Assembly: GCA_963664235.1 (NCBI GenBank)
Contig: OY760933.1
Span: 76,503-140,502, forward strand
Source: Acidimicrobiales bacterium
GTDB lineage: Bacteria; Actinomycetota; Acidimicrobiia; Acidimicrobiales; CATQHL01
DNA: 64,000 nucleotides
Reading direction: 5' to 3'
Numbering within the stretch: position 1 is the stretch's first letter; every line of letters starts with the position of its first letter. A program made the position numbers and the translations under genes. This document shows, one piece after another, positions 8,330 to 18,007 of this stretch. Below the pieces are notes generated by a model. It was not told where the DNA came from, ran no database searches, and saw nothing but the letters and a program-made list of their open reading frames with translations.

Positions 8330-9879
8330 ACCTGGCGACCCTCGCCCCAGAAACGCTTGCGGATCTGGTCCTTGGCGATCTTGCCGACCGCGTTCTTCGG
8401 CAGGGAATCCATCAACTCAACCCGCTCGGGCACCTTGATCGACGTCAATTCCGACTGCCGGCAGTGCTCCCGCAACTCGCCGGGGCCGGCCGTCGCCCCG
8501 TCCTTGAGCGCCGCCACCGCCACGATGGCCTCACCCCAGTCCGGATCGGGCACACCGACGACCGAGCACTCAAGCACCGCCGGATGGCGGTACAGCACGT
8601 TCTCGATCTCTGTCGGGGCGATGTTCAACCCGCCCCGGATGATGAGGTTCTTCAGCCGGTCGACGATGTAGATGAACCCCTCGTCGTCGATCTCCGCCAC
8701 GTCCCCGGAGTGCATCCACCCGTCGCGCAGCGACTCGGCGGTTCGCTCGGGGTCGCGGTAGTAGCCCTTCATCACGTACGGACCGCCGAAGATGACCTCG
8801 CCTCGCTCCCCGGGCGCCACGTCTCGACCCTCGGCGTCGACGACCCGCACGTCCACGGCGTAGGACGGCTGGCCGCAGGAGCCCAGCAGTTCGGGACGCT
8901 CGGTGAGTCCCCGGTGGTGGTCCTCCTTGCGCAGCATGGTGCCGATCGAGGCGATCTCGGCCATGCCGTAGAGCTGGTTGAAGATGTTGCCGAAGCGGCC
9001 GACCAGTTCGCCGAGGCGCTCGGGCGAGATGGGCGAGGCGCCGTAGCCGAGCGTCACCAGACCGCCGAGAAGCCCGTCGTGTACCGGTGGCAGGCGATCC
9101 AGCAGGCGCATCAGCTGCGTGGGAACCAGGAACGAGTGGCTGACGCCCTGGCGGTCGGTGGTCTCGGCGAATCCCCTCGGGTCGAAACTCCGGCTGTCCC
9201 CGAACCCCAGGGCCGCCCCCATCAGCAGCACCGGCACGATCGTGATGTTGACGCTGGAGTTGTGCGGGATCTGCAGCAGGTAGCGGCTGTGCCGGCCGAT
9301 CTCGTACTCCAGGGCCGTGACGGTGGCGTGCTGCAGTACCCGGGCGTGGTCGAACAGAACCCCCTTCGGACGCCCGGTCGTCCCGCTGGTGTAGACGATG
9401 CAGAAATCGTCGTCGGAGCGCACCTCGTGCAGCGTGGGCGGCGGGGTCGCGGATCCCGCGGCGACGAGTGACCGGTACGGCTCGGCGTCGATGTCCAGGA
9501 CCTCCAGGCCGTACTTCTCGGAGGCCTCGACGGTCTGGTGGAGGTGCTCGGTGTCACAGAGCAGCAGCCGCGGCCGCGCATTGTCGATGATCTGGTCCAG
9601 TTCCGCCGGGCCGAGCCGGAAGTTGAGCCCCACGTAGACCGCGCCGCTCTTGGTGATCCCACCGAGCACCTCGACGACCTCCGGGCGGTTCGCCACGAGC
9701 AGCGCCACACGGTCGCCGGGCTCGATACCGAAGCGATCAGCGAGCATGTTGGCGATGCGGTTGGTCCGCCCCTCCAACTCCGCCCAGGTCACATCGCGAC
9801 GCTGCGGGCCCACATCGAACAGCGCGGTCGCGTTCGGGTACCGCACCGCGTTGCGCCGGAACGCCAAGCCGACGTTCAT
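8326..9879 (-). CDS. Acyl-CoA synthetase (AMP-forming)
   Basis: Motifs seen are YTSGTTGRPKGV, GGPYVMKGYY and C-terminal LPKNAVGKIAK. Start set at ATG 9879 (MNVGLAFRRNA...). The longer ATG 9960 adds 27 codons with poor third-position GC. Confidence 0.85.
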   Translation of the reverse strand: MNVGLAFRRNAVRYPNATALFDVGPQRRDVTWAELEGRTNRIANMLADRFGIEPGDRVALLVANRPEVVEVLGGITKSGAVYVGLNFRLGPAELDQIIDNARPRLLLCDTEHLHQTVEASEKYGLEVLDIDAEPYRSLVAAGSATPPPTLHEVRSDDDFCIVYTSGTTGRPKGVLFDHARVLQHATVTALEYEIGRHSRYLLQIPHNSSVNITIVPVLLMGAALGFGDSRSFDPRGFAETTDRQGVSHSFLVPTQLMRLLDRLPPVHDGLLGGLVTLGYGASPISPERLGELVGRFGNIFNQLYGMAEIASIGTMLRKEDHHRGLTERPELLGSCGQPSYAVDVRVVDAEGRDVAPGERGEVIFGGPYVMKGYYRDPERTAESLRDGWMHSGDVAEIDDEGFIYIVDRLKNLIIRGGLNIAPTEIENVLYRHPAVLECSVVGVPDPDWGEAIVAVAALKDGATAGPGELREHCRQSELTSIKVPERVELMDSLPKNAVGKIAKDQIRKRFWGEGRQV

Positions 9880-9963
9880 GCGAGCACTCTCATCCCGTTG
9901 CCTCGGAGTGCCGACCACCGACGCTGCCCAGAGGCTCGGGCCGGCGCACCTTCGGGGCATCGC

Positions 9964-10389
9964 TCATGCAGCGGCCTCGGAAGCGCTGCGATCGGTCGTG
10001 CACGGGGCGAAGGCCGGCAGCAGGACCCCGTCGGGCCCGGGCACGAAACGGACCTGCACCTCCATGCCGATCCGGACCTCCTCCGCGGGGCAGTCCACGA
10101 TCCACGTCAGGAGCGACCAGCCCTCGGTCACGTCCACGATCGCCAGCACGTAGGGCACCTCGAAGGACGGCTCGGGCGGGCGATGCACGACGGTGAAGCT
10201 GTAGATCGTGCCGCGCCCCTCGCTGGGCTCGTAGCTCCACTGCCCCCAACCGCAGTGCGCGCAGACGACCTGGGGGGTGAAGAAGCTCCGAGCGCAGCGG
10301 GCACAGACGGGCCGCAGCAGTTCGCCCCTGTCGAGCGCCGCCCAGAACTCACCGGTCAGCGCTCGATCGGCGCGGTCCGGCGGGGGCAT
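9964..10389 (-). CDS. DUF35 zinc-ribbon/OB-fold protein (thiolase/aldolase partner type)
   Basis: It has a CARCARSFFTPQVVCAHCG zinc ribbon followed by an OB-like C-terminus. The ATG at 10389 lies 7 nt after the upstream stop. Confidence 0.75.
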   Translation of the reverse strand: MPPPDRADRALTGEFWAALDRGELLRPVCARCARSFFTPQVVCAHCGWGQWSYEPSEGRGTIYSFTVVHRPPEPSFEVPYVLAIVDVTEGWSLLTWIVDCPAEEVRIGMEVQVRFVPGPDGVLLPAFAPCTTDRSASEAAA

Positions 10390-10396
10390 CGGGCGC

Positions 10397-11269
10397 TCAG
10401 TCCTCGTGCAACAGGAGCGCCATGGCAGCGTCGCGCACAGCCATTCCCTCGGTCACGCCGCGGGCGCGAGCCAAGCCGTTGCAGGCGCCCACCTTGCCGA
10501 TCTCGTACGCCTTGAAGGCGTCACCGATGGGTGCGGTCCAGGCGTCGAAGGAGCCGCCCGCCAGCCCGTGGCGCTCCACGATGTCGAGGCCGGCGATGCC
10601 GGAGTCGTTCTTGGCTCGGCCGCCGTCGGCGCAGATGAAGCCGTGGGGGGAGACCTCCAGCAGGAAGCCCGCCCCGCTCCGACCCGTGTGGCCCGCCGTC
10701 ACCAGCACGTTGCGGGAATCGCCGGGCTGAGCGAACACGATCGAGTCGGTCACGACCAACTCCCGTCCCGTCGGCGACGTCGCCATCACCTCGCGGCGGA
10801 TCTTCGTGCCCTCGTCGATCTCACCGACCGGGTCGTTGCATGCCAGAAGCCGTGCAGCTTCGGCGACAGCCATGCCTTCGGTCACCCCGCACCGCTCGGC
10901 GTAGATGTTCACCCGGCTGATGACCCCACAGGTGTACTGGTCCATGCCGTTGCCCAGTTCGGAGGACTCGGCCGACGCGGTGGCGGCGGGTATCCCGAGA
11001 GCCTCCAGGTACCAGAGTCCGGCGATGCCCGCCCCGTCCATGCCCACCGCGCCGTCGTGGGCGATGACCGCCCGGGGCCTGTGGGGGACCATGAGCCGCG
11101 CGGGCAGCACTCCCAGGTACGACGCCGGCACGACGACGTCGGTGCCGCGATTGCGGGCGTCCACGTACCGGGCCGAATCCATGACCACGATCCGCCGGTC
11201 CCCGTGGCTGGCCACGACCTCCTGGGGGTGGTCCGCCTCGTTCGCAAGCAGCGGTGCTTCTGTGACCAT
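10397..11269 (-). CDS. Uncharacterized protein built from two tandem ~140-aa modules (paralog A)
   Basis: ATG 11269 is preceded by GAGGAG. The two halves align with each other (DGAVGMDGAGIAGLWYLEALG...ERCGVTEGMAVAEAARLL versus DGGRAKNDSGIAGLDIVERHG...ARARGVTEGMAVRDAAMALL). The protein aligns end to end with 18008..18886. I recognised no known domain. Confidence 0.6.
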   Translation of the reverse strand: MVTEAPLLANEADHPQEVVASHGDRRIVVMDSARYVDARNRGTDVVVPASYLGVLPARLMVPHRPRAVIAHDGAVGMDGAGIAGLWYLEALGIPAATASAESSELGNGMDQYTCGVISRVNIYAERCGVTEGMAVAEAARLLACNDPVGEIDEGTKIRREVMATSPTGRELVVTDSIVFAQPGDSRNVLVTAGHTGRSGAGFLLEVSPHGFICADGGRAKNDSGIAGLDIVERHGLAGGSFDAWTAPIGDAFKAYEIGKVGACNGLARARGVTEGMAVRDAAMALLLHED

Positions 11270-11394
11270 GTGGTGCTCCTCGCTCGTCTGTACTGCGTCT
11301 ATCCGGCGCGTGGCGGCGCGTGCAGCGGCTCAAAGGCCGTCGCGCAGGCCGGGGCGACCCGAGTCTGCCACCCGATCGCCGACGGGCCCCGGAA

Positions 11395-12423
11395 CTATCC
11401 GACCAGGTGCGGTGCCCGCTGGGCCAGGCGCAGGAGCCGGGTGGCGTTGCCGTTCAGGGTCGCCATCAGATCGGCCACGTCGGGACCGGTGCCCTTGTCC
11501 CAGCCACCGAAGTTGGTGCCGTAGACCAATTGGTCGGTGCCGAGGGCGTCGGCCACGAAGGAGAACTCGCGGGCACCGGTCACGTGGCAGTCGAACCAGA
11601 GCCGAGCGAGCTGCTGGTCGAAGACGCCGGCGGGCTTCAACCATTCGGGCGAGGCGGGGCGACGCTCGGCCAGCTTGCGCAGCTTCGAGAGCACGAGGGC
11701 GAGCGATCCGCCGCCGTGACTGAGACAGATGTCCAGCGCCGGATGGCGGCGCAACACCCCGCCGAAGATCAGCGTGGCCGCGGCCAGGGCCTCCTCGAGG
11801 GAGTACTCCAGCACCAGGTCCAGATCCCAGCGGCGCAGACGTTCGTCCAGCAGCGCGCCGTCGATGCCCGATTGGGTCGGATGCAGGAACAGGGGCACGT
11901 CGAGCTCCACACAGGACTCGTACAGGGCGTCGAGGACCGGGGAATCCAGCGGCGTGCCGAAGTCGGTGCCGATGTAGCCGCCGAGCAGCCCCAAGTCGCT
12001 CACGATGCGCTGGAGCTCCGCGCAGGCCGCGTCGATGTCCTGCATGGGCAGGGCGCCGAGACCCACGAACCGGCCGGGATGGTCGGCGACCACCTCGGCG
12101 AGGCTGTCGTTGTGGGCACGGCAGAACTCGACGGCCGCCGGCGCGTCGATGAAGTGCAGGTAGGTCAGCGGGTTCGGCGACAGCGCCTGCACGCTGATGC
12201 CGGCGGCGTCCATGGCGGCGAGGCGCATGTCCACCTCGATGAACAGCGATCCCCGGTAGGCCACGCCGTCGAGTTGGTAGTTGCCGACCCGGAACCAGGG
12301 GCTGCCGTCGGGGTGGTAGCCGATCTCGGGACCGCAGGCCCCGGCCTGGCCCATCGATCCCTCCAGCACGATGTGGCCGTGCACGTCGATGAGGCCATCT
12401 GCCAGACCATCTGCACTTCTCAC
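11395..12423 (-). CDS. Amidohydrolase_2 family metal-dependent hydrolase/decarboxylase (ACMSD-like)
   Basis: Start set at GTG 12423, in a GTGA overlap with the upstream stop. It opens with the metal site LIDVHGH and also has ...PLFLHP... and ...GTNFGGWD.... Confidence 0.75.
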   Translation of the reverse strand: MRSADGLADGLIDVHGHIVLEGSMGQAGACGPEIGYHPDGSPWFRVGNYQLDGVAYRGSLFIEVDMRLAAMDAAGISVQALSPNPLTYLHFIDAPAAVEFCRAHNDSLAEVVADHPGRFVGLGALPMQDIDAACAELQRIVSDLGLLGGYIGTDFGTPLDSPVLDALYESCVELDVPLFLHPTQSGIDGALLDERLRRWDLDLVLEYSLEEALAAATLIFGGVLRRHPALDICLSHGGGSLALVLSKLRKLAERRPASPEWLKPAGVFDQQLARLWFDCHVTGAREFSFVADALGTDQLVYGTNFGGWDKGTGPDVADLMATLNGNATRLLRLAQRAPHLVG

Positions 12424-13160
12424 GAGCGACCCTCCATGATCCCGTCGGCGCCGGGCAGCCAGGCCGCCACACCCGCCACCGGGATGGCGCACACCACCGC
12501 CTCGGTGATCTGGGCCTCGCTGCAGCCGGCCCTGCGGGCACCGTTGGCGTGCACGTTCACGAACCGGGAGGAGAACTCCGCCGCGTTGATCGTGCACAGC
12601 AGCAACTCGGCATGGTCGGCGTCCAGCACGTTCTCCGCCAGGGACCACTCGCGCATCAGCACGTAGCCCTCGAGCGCCCGGGGTGCCTCGTCGGCCATGA
12701 GCTTGACGTACTCGGGGACGAACCCGAAGTAGTCCTCGAAGTAGTCCAGGCACCCCTGGCGACCCAGGGGGAACTCGTCGGCTTCGCCGCCGCCGGGCTG
12801 GAGTGTCTCGCCGAAGGTCTCGTCGATGGCCGAGTTGAACAGGGCGTAGACGGCCTCGCCTCGGGAGATCAACACCGTGAGGGCCGCGCCGCGGGCCACG
12901 TCGAGTTCAAGCCCCAGGTCCCGCGATCGTTCCATCTGTGCCATCAGCATCTGGCGGTGGCCCTTGACGGCTGCAGCGGACGCCATATACAGCGCCTTCG
13001 CCCAGGCAGGACAGGCCCCATCGGTGTCGGTGACCTCGCGCACACGGGCCAGGCCCTCGGCGAACTTCGGCGAGACGGCGTCGATCTGGCCGGTCGCCAG
13101 GGCGGCGCTCCCCAGAATCGATCGGTCGGCTCCCCCGACAAGGGTTGGCTGGACTGTCAT
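12420..13160 (-). CDS. AhpD/carboxymuconolactone-decarboxylase-like protein (two-domain)
   Basis: ATG 13160 is preceded by AGGAGG. The helical 246-aa protein has a CMD-like C-terminal half (...ELLLCTINAAEFSSRFVNVHANGARRAG...). This is a family-level call only. Confidence 0.5.
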   Translation of the reverse strand: MTVQPTLVGGADRSILGSAALATGQIDAVSPKFAEGLARVREVTDTDGACPAWAKALYMASAAAVKGHRQMLMAQMERSRDLGLELDVARGAALTVLISRGEAVYALFNSAIDETFGETLQPGGGEADEFPLGRQGCLDYFEDYFGFVPEYVKLMADEAPRALEGYVLMREWSLAENVLDADHAELLLCTINAAEFSSRFVNVHANGARRAGCSEAQITEAVVCAIPVAGVAAWLPGADGIMEGRS

Positions 13161-13234
13161 CGGACCTCCTGGTGTATTTCGGATCTACAGAACCGGCTTG
13201 CAGCGGCGCGCCGGCCTCGGGCGGCTGGCGCGAC

Positions 13235-13987
13235 TCAGAGCTTGGACACTTCGCCGCCGTCGATCACGAAGCAGGCTCCTGTGGCGAAGGACGCCAGCGG
13301 CGACGCCAGGTAGCACACCAGCGGTCCAAGCTCGGCGGGCTCGCCCATGCGGCGCATGGGTATCTTGCGCAGGCGGGCGGCGAGCATCTTGTCGTCCGCC
13401 ATCACCTGGGCCTGGGCCTCGGTGGCGAAGGCACCGGGGGCGATCAGGTTCACCCTGATGCCGTGGCGGGCCCATTCCGCCGCCAGCGCCTCGGTCAGGC
13501 GGGCCAGCGCGCCCTTCGAAGCGCTGTAGGCGGCGAGCAGCGCCTTGCCCTTGAGGCTCGACGTGGAGCCCACGTTGATGATCGAACCGCCTCCGCCGGC
13601 GGCCACGAAGTGGCGCGCCGCAGCCTGCGACAGGATGGCGGGAGCGGTCACGTTCACCGCCAAGACCTCGGCCAGGACCTCCAGGTCCTGATCCAGGAAC
13701 GTGCCGGCGGGAGCGATCCCGGCGTTGTTGACCACGCAGTCCAGGCGGCCGAAACGCTCCAGCGCCACATCAACGAGGCCGGCGACCTCGGCGGCGTCGC
13801 GCATGTCGCAACGCACCGGGTGGATCCCCCCATCGGCGCCGGCCGCAAGATCCTCCAGGGCTCCCGCCGAACGGGCCGCTGCCACCACCCGCGCGCCCTC
13901 ACCGACCAGAGCTTCCGCTGCGGCCCTGCCGAGGCCGCGGCTGGCCCCGGTGACGATGGCGACGGTGCCGTTCAACTGCAGATCCAT
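13235..13987 (-). CDS. Short-chain dehydrogenase/reductase (SDR)
   Basis: Start taken at inner ATG 13987 of ORF 13235..14335. Motifs seen are VTGASRGLG, NNAG and YSASKGA. Confidence 0.85.
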   Translation of the reverse strand: MDLQLNGTVAIVTGASRGLGRAAAEALVGEGARVVAAARSAGALEDLAAGADGGIHPVRCDMRDAAEVAGLVDVALERFGRLDCVVNNAGIAPAGTFLDQDLEVLAEVLAVNVTAPAILSQAAARHFVAAGGGGSIINVGSTSSLKGKALLAAYSASKGALARLTEALAAEWARHGIRVNLIAPGAFATEAQAQVMADDKMLAARLRKIPMRRMGEPAELGPLVCYLASPLASFATGACFVIDGGEVSKL

Positions 13988-14016
13988 GTCAGCGCCTCGC
14001 GGTCGGTGCCCGGTGA

Positions 14017-15210
14017 TCAGTACTGCGCACCGCTGGGTGTGCCCGTCTGGACGATGTCGCGGCACAGGCGGTTGGCGATTCCCAGGCGCAGCACCTCGCT
14101 GGCCCCCTCGTAGATGCGCATCGGCCGGGCCTGGCGGTAGTACTGCTCGATGCGGGAGCCCTTGATGAGCCCCCAGCGTCCCATGACCTGCACGCAGCGG
14201 TCCACGACGCGCCCGGCCGCCTCGGTGGCCGCCAGCTTGGCCAGCGAGGAGTGGTCGAGCGTTGTGGCAGGGTCCCGCCGGGCCATGTCGGCCGCCCTGT
14301 AGGCCAGCAACCGGGACGACTCCAGGTCGACCCACGAATCCGCCAGCAGACTCGCCACCGCGCCCAGGCGCACCAGCGGCCGCCCGAACTGTTGCCGCTC
14401 GGCGGCGTGGCGGCCGGCGATCTCCAGCGCGCCCTCCATGAGCCCGACGGCCGCACCCGCCACCGAGGAGCGGAAGACCGACAGGGTGGCGAGCACGTGA
14501 GCGAACCCCCTGCCTGGCGCACCGAGCCGATGATCCGACGTGAGGACCACGTCAACAAAATCGACCTCGCCGAGGACATGCGGGGCGATGATCTCCGGCG
14601 AGGGCGAGATCCGCACCCCCGGGCTGTCCGCCGGAACGAGGACGACCGAGTAGTCGTCCTCCTCGCCCTCCCCCGACGCCGGCTCGCGCACCAGCGTCGT
14701 GAAGAAGTCCGCCACCGGGGCGTTCGAGATGAACGACTTGCGTCCGGACAGCACGAACTCGTCACCGCCGGCCCCCGAGGGCCGCAGCGTCGTCGTGATC
14801 GCCTTGAGGTCCGAACCCGCTTCAGGTTCGGTCAGCGCCAGGGCCGCTATCGATTCCCCCGACGCCACCCTGGGCAGCCACTCGCGCCGCTGGGTCTCGC
14901 TGCCGCCGAGGGCGATGGCGTAACTGCCGATGCCCTGCAGGGCCAGCAGGGCGTCCAGATGCGCCGAGCCCTTCATGCAGGCCTCCCGCGCCAAGCACAC
15001 GGCGAGAGGATCCACCCGTTCGAAGCGTCCCCCGTAGGCGGATGGGACCATCAACTCGCACAGCCGGCTGGAGCGCAGGATCGCCAGGGTGGGAGCGTGG
15101 ACCTCCGAGCACTCGTCCGCCTCGCCGGCGAAGGGCGCCACCTCCTGCGCCACCGCCTGGGCTTCGGCCTTGACGTCGCGATAAAGCTGGGGAAGTTCGA
15201 AGATCGACAT
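14017..15210 (-). CDS. Acyl-CoA dehydrogenase
   Basis: Start taken at inner ATG 15210 (MSIFELPQLYRD...). The ACAD pattern is present (...ALTEPEAGSD..., ...QFGRPL..., C-terminal ...IYEGASEVLRL...). Confidence 0.8.
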   Translation of the reverse strand: MSIFELPQLYRDVKAEAQAVAQEVAPFAGEADECSEVHAPTLAILRSSRLCELMVPSAYGGRFERVDPLAVCLAREACMKGSAHLDALLALQGIGSYAIALGGSETQRREWLPRVASGESIAALALTEPEAGSDLKAITTTLRPSGAGGDEFVLSGRKSFISNAPVADFFTTLVREPASGEGEEDDYSVVLVPADSPGVRISPSPEIIAPHVLGEVDFVDVVLTSDHRLGAPGRGFAHVLATLSVFRSSVAGAAVGLMEGALEIAGRHAAERQQFGRPLVRLGAVASLLADSWVDLESSRLLAYRAADMARRDPATTLDHSSLAKLAATEAAGRVVDRCVQVMGRWGLIKGSRIEQYYRQARPMRIYEGASEVLRLGIANRLCRDIVQTGTPSGAQY

Positions 15211-15391
15211 CGCCCGGCCCTTTCCTTGCTTGACCTCGCCGCTCCGGCCGTTGAGACTCATGCAGGCTGTCGACGGCCGCCGCAGCGTAGCGGGCGGACC
15301 TCTCCGCTCCGGCGCCGGCAACTAGAATAAACGGTTGGTAGATAAGAGTCACGCGCCGCACTGAACAGCGTCGGGGAGGAGCAAGCGAACC
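15211..15391. promoter_or_regulatory. Divergent intergenic region between the two long catabolic operons, with an AT-rich box at 15321-15350
   Basis: This is the only non-coding gap between the minus operon (15210 down to 7115) and the plus operon (15392 to 20900). It contains actagaataaacggttggtagataagagtc in an otherwise GC-rich context. No promoter motif was assigned. Confidence 0.3.
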
Positions 15392-16162
15392 ATGACCGAC
15401 GTGATCGTCGACCGGCGGGACAAGACGCTGTGGCTACGGCTGAACCGGCCCGAGCGGATGAACGCCTACGACCGGACGACCGTCGACGAGATCATCGCGG
15501 CCCTTCGGGAACACGCCGACGCCCGGGTCACGGTGATCACCGGCGAGGGCCGGGCGTTCTGCGCGGGCGGCTACCTGGCGAACCTGGCGGACCCCGACTT
15601 CTGGGAGCTGCGCTCGATGTTCACCGGCAGCCTGGAGCTCTTCGACGCCATCCGCTCGGCGCCCATGCCGGTGATCGCCGCGGTGAACGGGCCCGCCTTC
15701 GGCGGCGGGAACGAACTGGTGGTCGTGTGCGATCTGGCCATCGCCTCGGAGAACGCCCGCTTCGGCCAGACCGGCGTGAAAGTCGGTAGCGCCCCGGTGC
15801 TGGGCGGCACGAACCTGCTGGCGATGACGGTGGGCGAGAAGAAGGCCAAGGAGGTGGTCTACCTCTGCCGCCCCTACAGCGCCGCCGAGGCCCTGGAGTT
15901 GGGCTGGATCAACGCCGTCGTGCCCCACGACGAGTTGCACGCCGAAGTCGAGCGCTGGTGCGCCGAGATCTGCGCCATGTCGGCTCGCTACATGGAGGTC
16001 GCCAAGATCAGCACGAACGTCTGGTGGCACCAGCTGCGCGACAACATGCAGTCGGGCCTGGGAATGCTGATGCAGGCCATCGGCTCGCCGGACATGCTCG
16101 AAGGGGCGACCGCCTTCCTGGAGAAGCGCAAACCGGAGTTCCCCCCGCGGGACGCCCGCTAA
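15392..16162 (+). CDS. Enoyl-CoA hydratase/isomerase (crotonase family)
   Basis: Crotonase motifs are present (...GEGRAFCAGGYL..., ...AAVNGPAFGGGNELVVVCD...). Confidence 0.85.
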   Translation: MTDVIVDRRDKTLWLRLNRPERMNAYDRTTVDEIIAALREHADARVTVITGEGRAFCAGGYLANLADPDFWELRSMFTGSLELFDAIRSAPMPVIAAVNGPAFGGGNELVVVCDLAIASENARFGQTGVKVGSAPVLGGTNLLAMTVGEKKAKEVVYLCRPYSAAEALELGWINAVVPHDELHAEVERWCAEICAMSARYMEVAKISTNVWWHQLRDNMQSGLGMLMQAIGSPDMLEGATAFLEKRKPEFPPRDAR

Positions 16163-16176
16163 GCCCTGCCGGAACC

Positions 16177-17865
16177 ATGGCCGCTCGAAGCTACGACCAG
16201 TTCCGGCCCACCTTCACCGACCGCCGGCGTTGGAACTCCCCCGACGTGCTGCGCCACAGGGCGAAGACCCACGGCGATCGCGTCTACCTCGACGTCCCGT
16301 CCACGGGCGAGTCCTACACGTTCGCCGAGACCCTCGAGTTGGCCGAGCGGGTGGCCCGCGGCCTGATCGGGGCTGGCGCAGTCCCCGGGGACAGATTGCT
16401 CATCATGGCGCCCAACTGCTCGGCCTACATCCTGGCCTGGCTGGGATCGTCACTGGCCGGAATGGCCGAAGTCCCCATCAACACCGCCTACCGGGGCACG
16501 TTCCTCGAGCACCAGGCCTCCACGGTGGCACCGCGCCTGGCACTCATCCACCCGGACTACGCGGAGCGCTTCGCCGAGAGCGCCGAGGCCGTGGCGACCG
16601 TGGAGCGCTTCTACCTCGCCGGCGGCGACGGTGACGAGCGCGCCGCCGCGACGGCAACGCTGCGCCAAGCCGGCTTCGAGGTCTCGGACTGGGAGGAGTT
16701 GCTGCAACCGACGGATCTTGGCTCCGCAGCGGAGTTGCCGACGGTGCGCCACTCGGACCTGGGGTCGGTCTTTTTCACCTCGGGGACAACCGGCCTGTCC
16801 AAGGGCGTCATGATGCCGCACGCCCACATGCACCTCTTCGCCGACCAGTGCGTCTCGCTCACGCGGCTCACCGACGCCGACGTCTACATGTCCGCCGGGC
16901 CTCTGTTCCACGGCAACAGCCATTTCCTGGCCGCCCAACCTGCGCTCATCGCCGGCGCCCGCTACGTCCTGCAGGAGCGGTTCAGCGCCAGCGCCTGGGC
17001 CAAACAGGTGCGGGAGAGTGGCGCAACGATCACCAACTTCGTGGGCGTGATGATGGACTTCGTCTGGCAGCAGCCCCCGCAGCCCGACGACGCCGACAAC
17101 GACCTGCGCTGCATCTTCGCCGCGCCCACTGCCTCCAGCATCCTCGAGGAATTCAAGCGACGGTTCGGCGTGGAGGCATTCGTGGAGGTGTTCGGCCTCA
17201 CCGAGACCTGCATGGCGATCCTCAGCCCCTACGGCGAGGACCGCCCGCCGGGCGCCGCCGGCCTGGCCAACAGCGACTGGTTCGACGTGCGCCTCGTGGA
17301 CCCCGAGACCGACGAGGAGGTCCCGGTCGGCGAACTGGGCGAGTTGGTGGTGCGTGCTCGCCACCCGTGGACACAGTCGGTGGGCTACTACAACATGCCT
17401 GAGGCAACCCAGGAGGCGTGGCGCAATCTCTGGTGGCACACAGGAGACGGGCTGCGGCGCGACGCCGAAGGCTGGTACTACTTCGTGGACCGCCTGAAGG
17501 ACGCCATCCGCCGCCGCGGCGAGAACATCAGCTCCTACGAGGTGGAGCAGGCCCTGCTGGGTCACCCCGCCGTCGCCGAGGTGGCCGTCGTAGCCGTTCC
17601 CGCCGACCAGGAGGCCGGCGAGGACGAGGTGCTGGCCGTGCTGGTGCCCGAACCCGGCACCGAGATCTCCGCCGCAGAGATGTGGGCCTACGCCGACCGG
17701 CGACTCCCCTACTTCGCCGTACCCCGCTACCTTCGCTTCGTGGCCGAACTGCCCAAGACGCCGTCGGAGAAGGTGCGCAAAGTGGAGTTGCGAGACGCCG
17801 GCGTCGCCGTCGACACCCACGACCGCGGTCCCGCGCCACGACGGCGGGGAGGCCATAGGACGTGA
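16177..17865 (+). CDS. AMP-dependent acyl-CoA ligase
   Basis: Start taken at inner ATG 16177 of ORF 15958..17865. Motifs seen are FFTSGTTGLSKGV, WWHTGD and PKTPSEKVRK. Confidence 0.85.
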   Translation: MAARSYDQFRPTFTDRRRWNSPDVLRHRAKTHGDRVYLDVPSTGESYTFAETLELAERVARGLIGAGAVPGDRLLIMAPNCSAYILAWLGSSLAGMAEVPINTAYRGTFLEHQASTVAPRLALIHPDYAERFAESAEAVATVERFYLAGGDGDERAAATATLRQAGFEVSDWEELLQPTDLGSAAELPTVRHSDLGSVFFTSGTTGLSKGVMMPHAHMHLFADQCVSLTRLTDADVYMSAGPLFHGNSHFLAAQPALIAGARYVLQERFSASAWAKQVRESGATITNFVGVMMDFVWQQPPQPDDADNDLRCIFAAPTASSILEEFKRRFGVEAFVEVFGLTETCMAILSPYGEDRPPGAAGLANSDWFDVRLVDPETDEEVPVGELGELVVRARHPWTQSVGYYNMPEATQEAWRNLWWHTGDGLRRDAEGWYYFVDRLKDAIRRRGENISSYEVEQALLGHPAVAEVAVVAVPADQEAGEDEVLAVLVPEPGTEISAAEMWAYADRRLPYFAVPRYLRFVAELPKTPSEKVRKVELRDAGVAVDTHDRGPAPRRRGGHRT

Positions 17866-17918
17866 ACTCCGACCGGCGGCGTGGTCTCGCGGAGGATCGG
17901 GAAGCGCGCCACCCATCC

Positions 17919-17944
17919 GTCATTCCGGCCCATGCCGGAATCCA
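17919..17944. repeat. REP-like palindromic element, copy 1 (GTCATTCCGGC-N4-GCCGGAATCCA)
   Basis: gtcattccggcccatgccggaatcca has the 8-bp inverted arms attccggc/gccggaat. It is intergenic. It matches 35207..35232 except in the 4-nt loop, and the two also share the upstream catcc. Confidence 0.7.
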
Positions 17945-18007
17945 TGCTCGGCCAGAACCGGCGGCTTCTGCCGCTGATGGCCCAGTGCACCGGGGGAACA
18001 GTCACCC

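Noticed and set aside
9880-9960. Alternative ATG 9960 for the acyl-CoA synthetase, only 3 nt after the DUF35 stop
   Set aside because: The 27 added codons have many A/T third positions, unlike the rest of the gene, and do not resemble the family N-terminus. It remains possible, but ATG 9879 is preferred.
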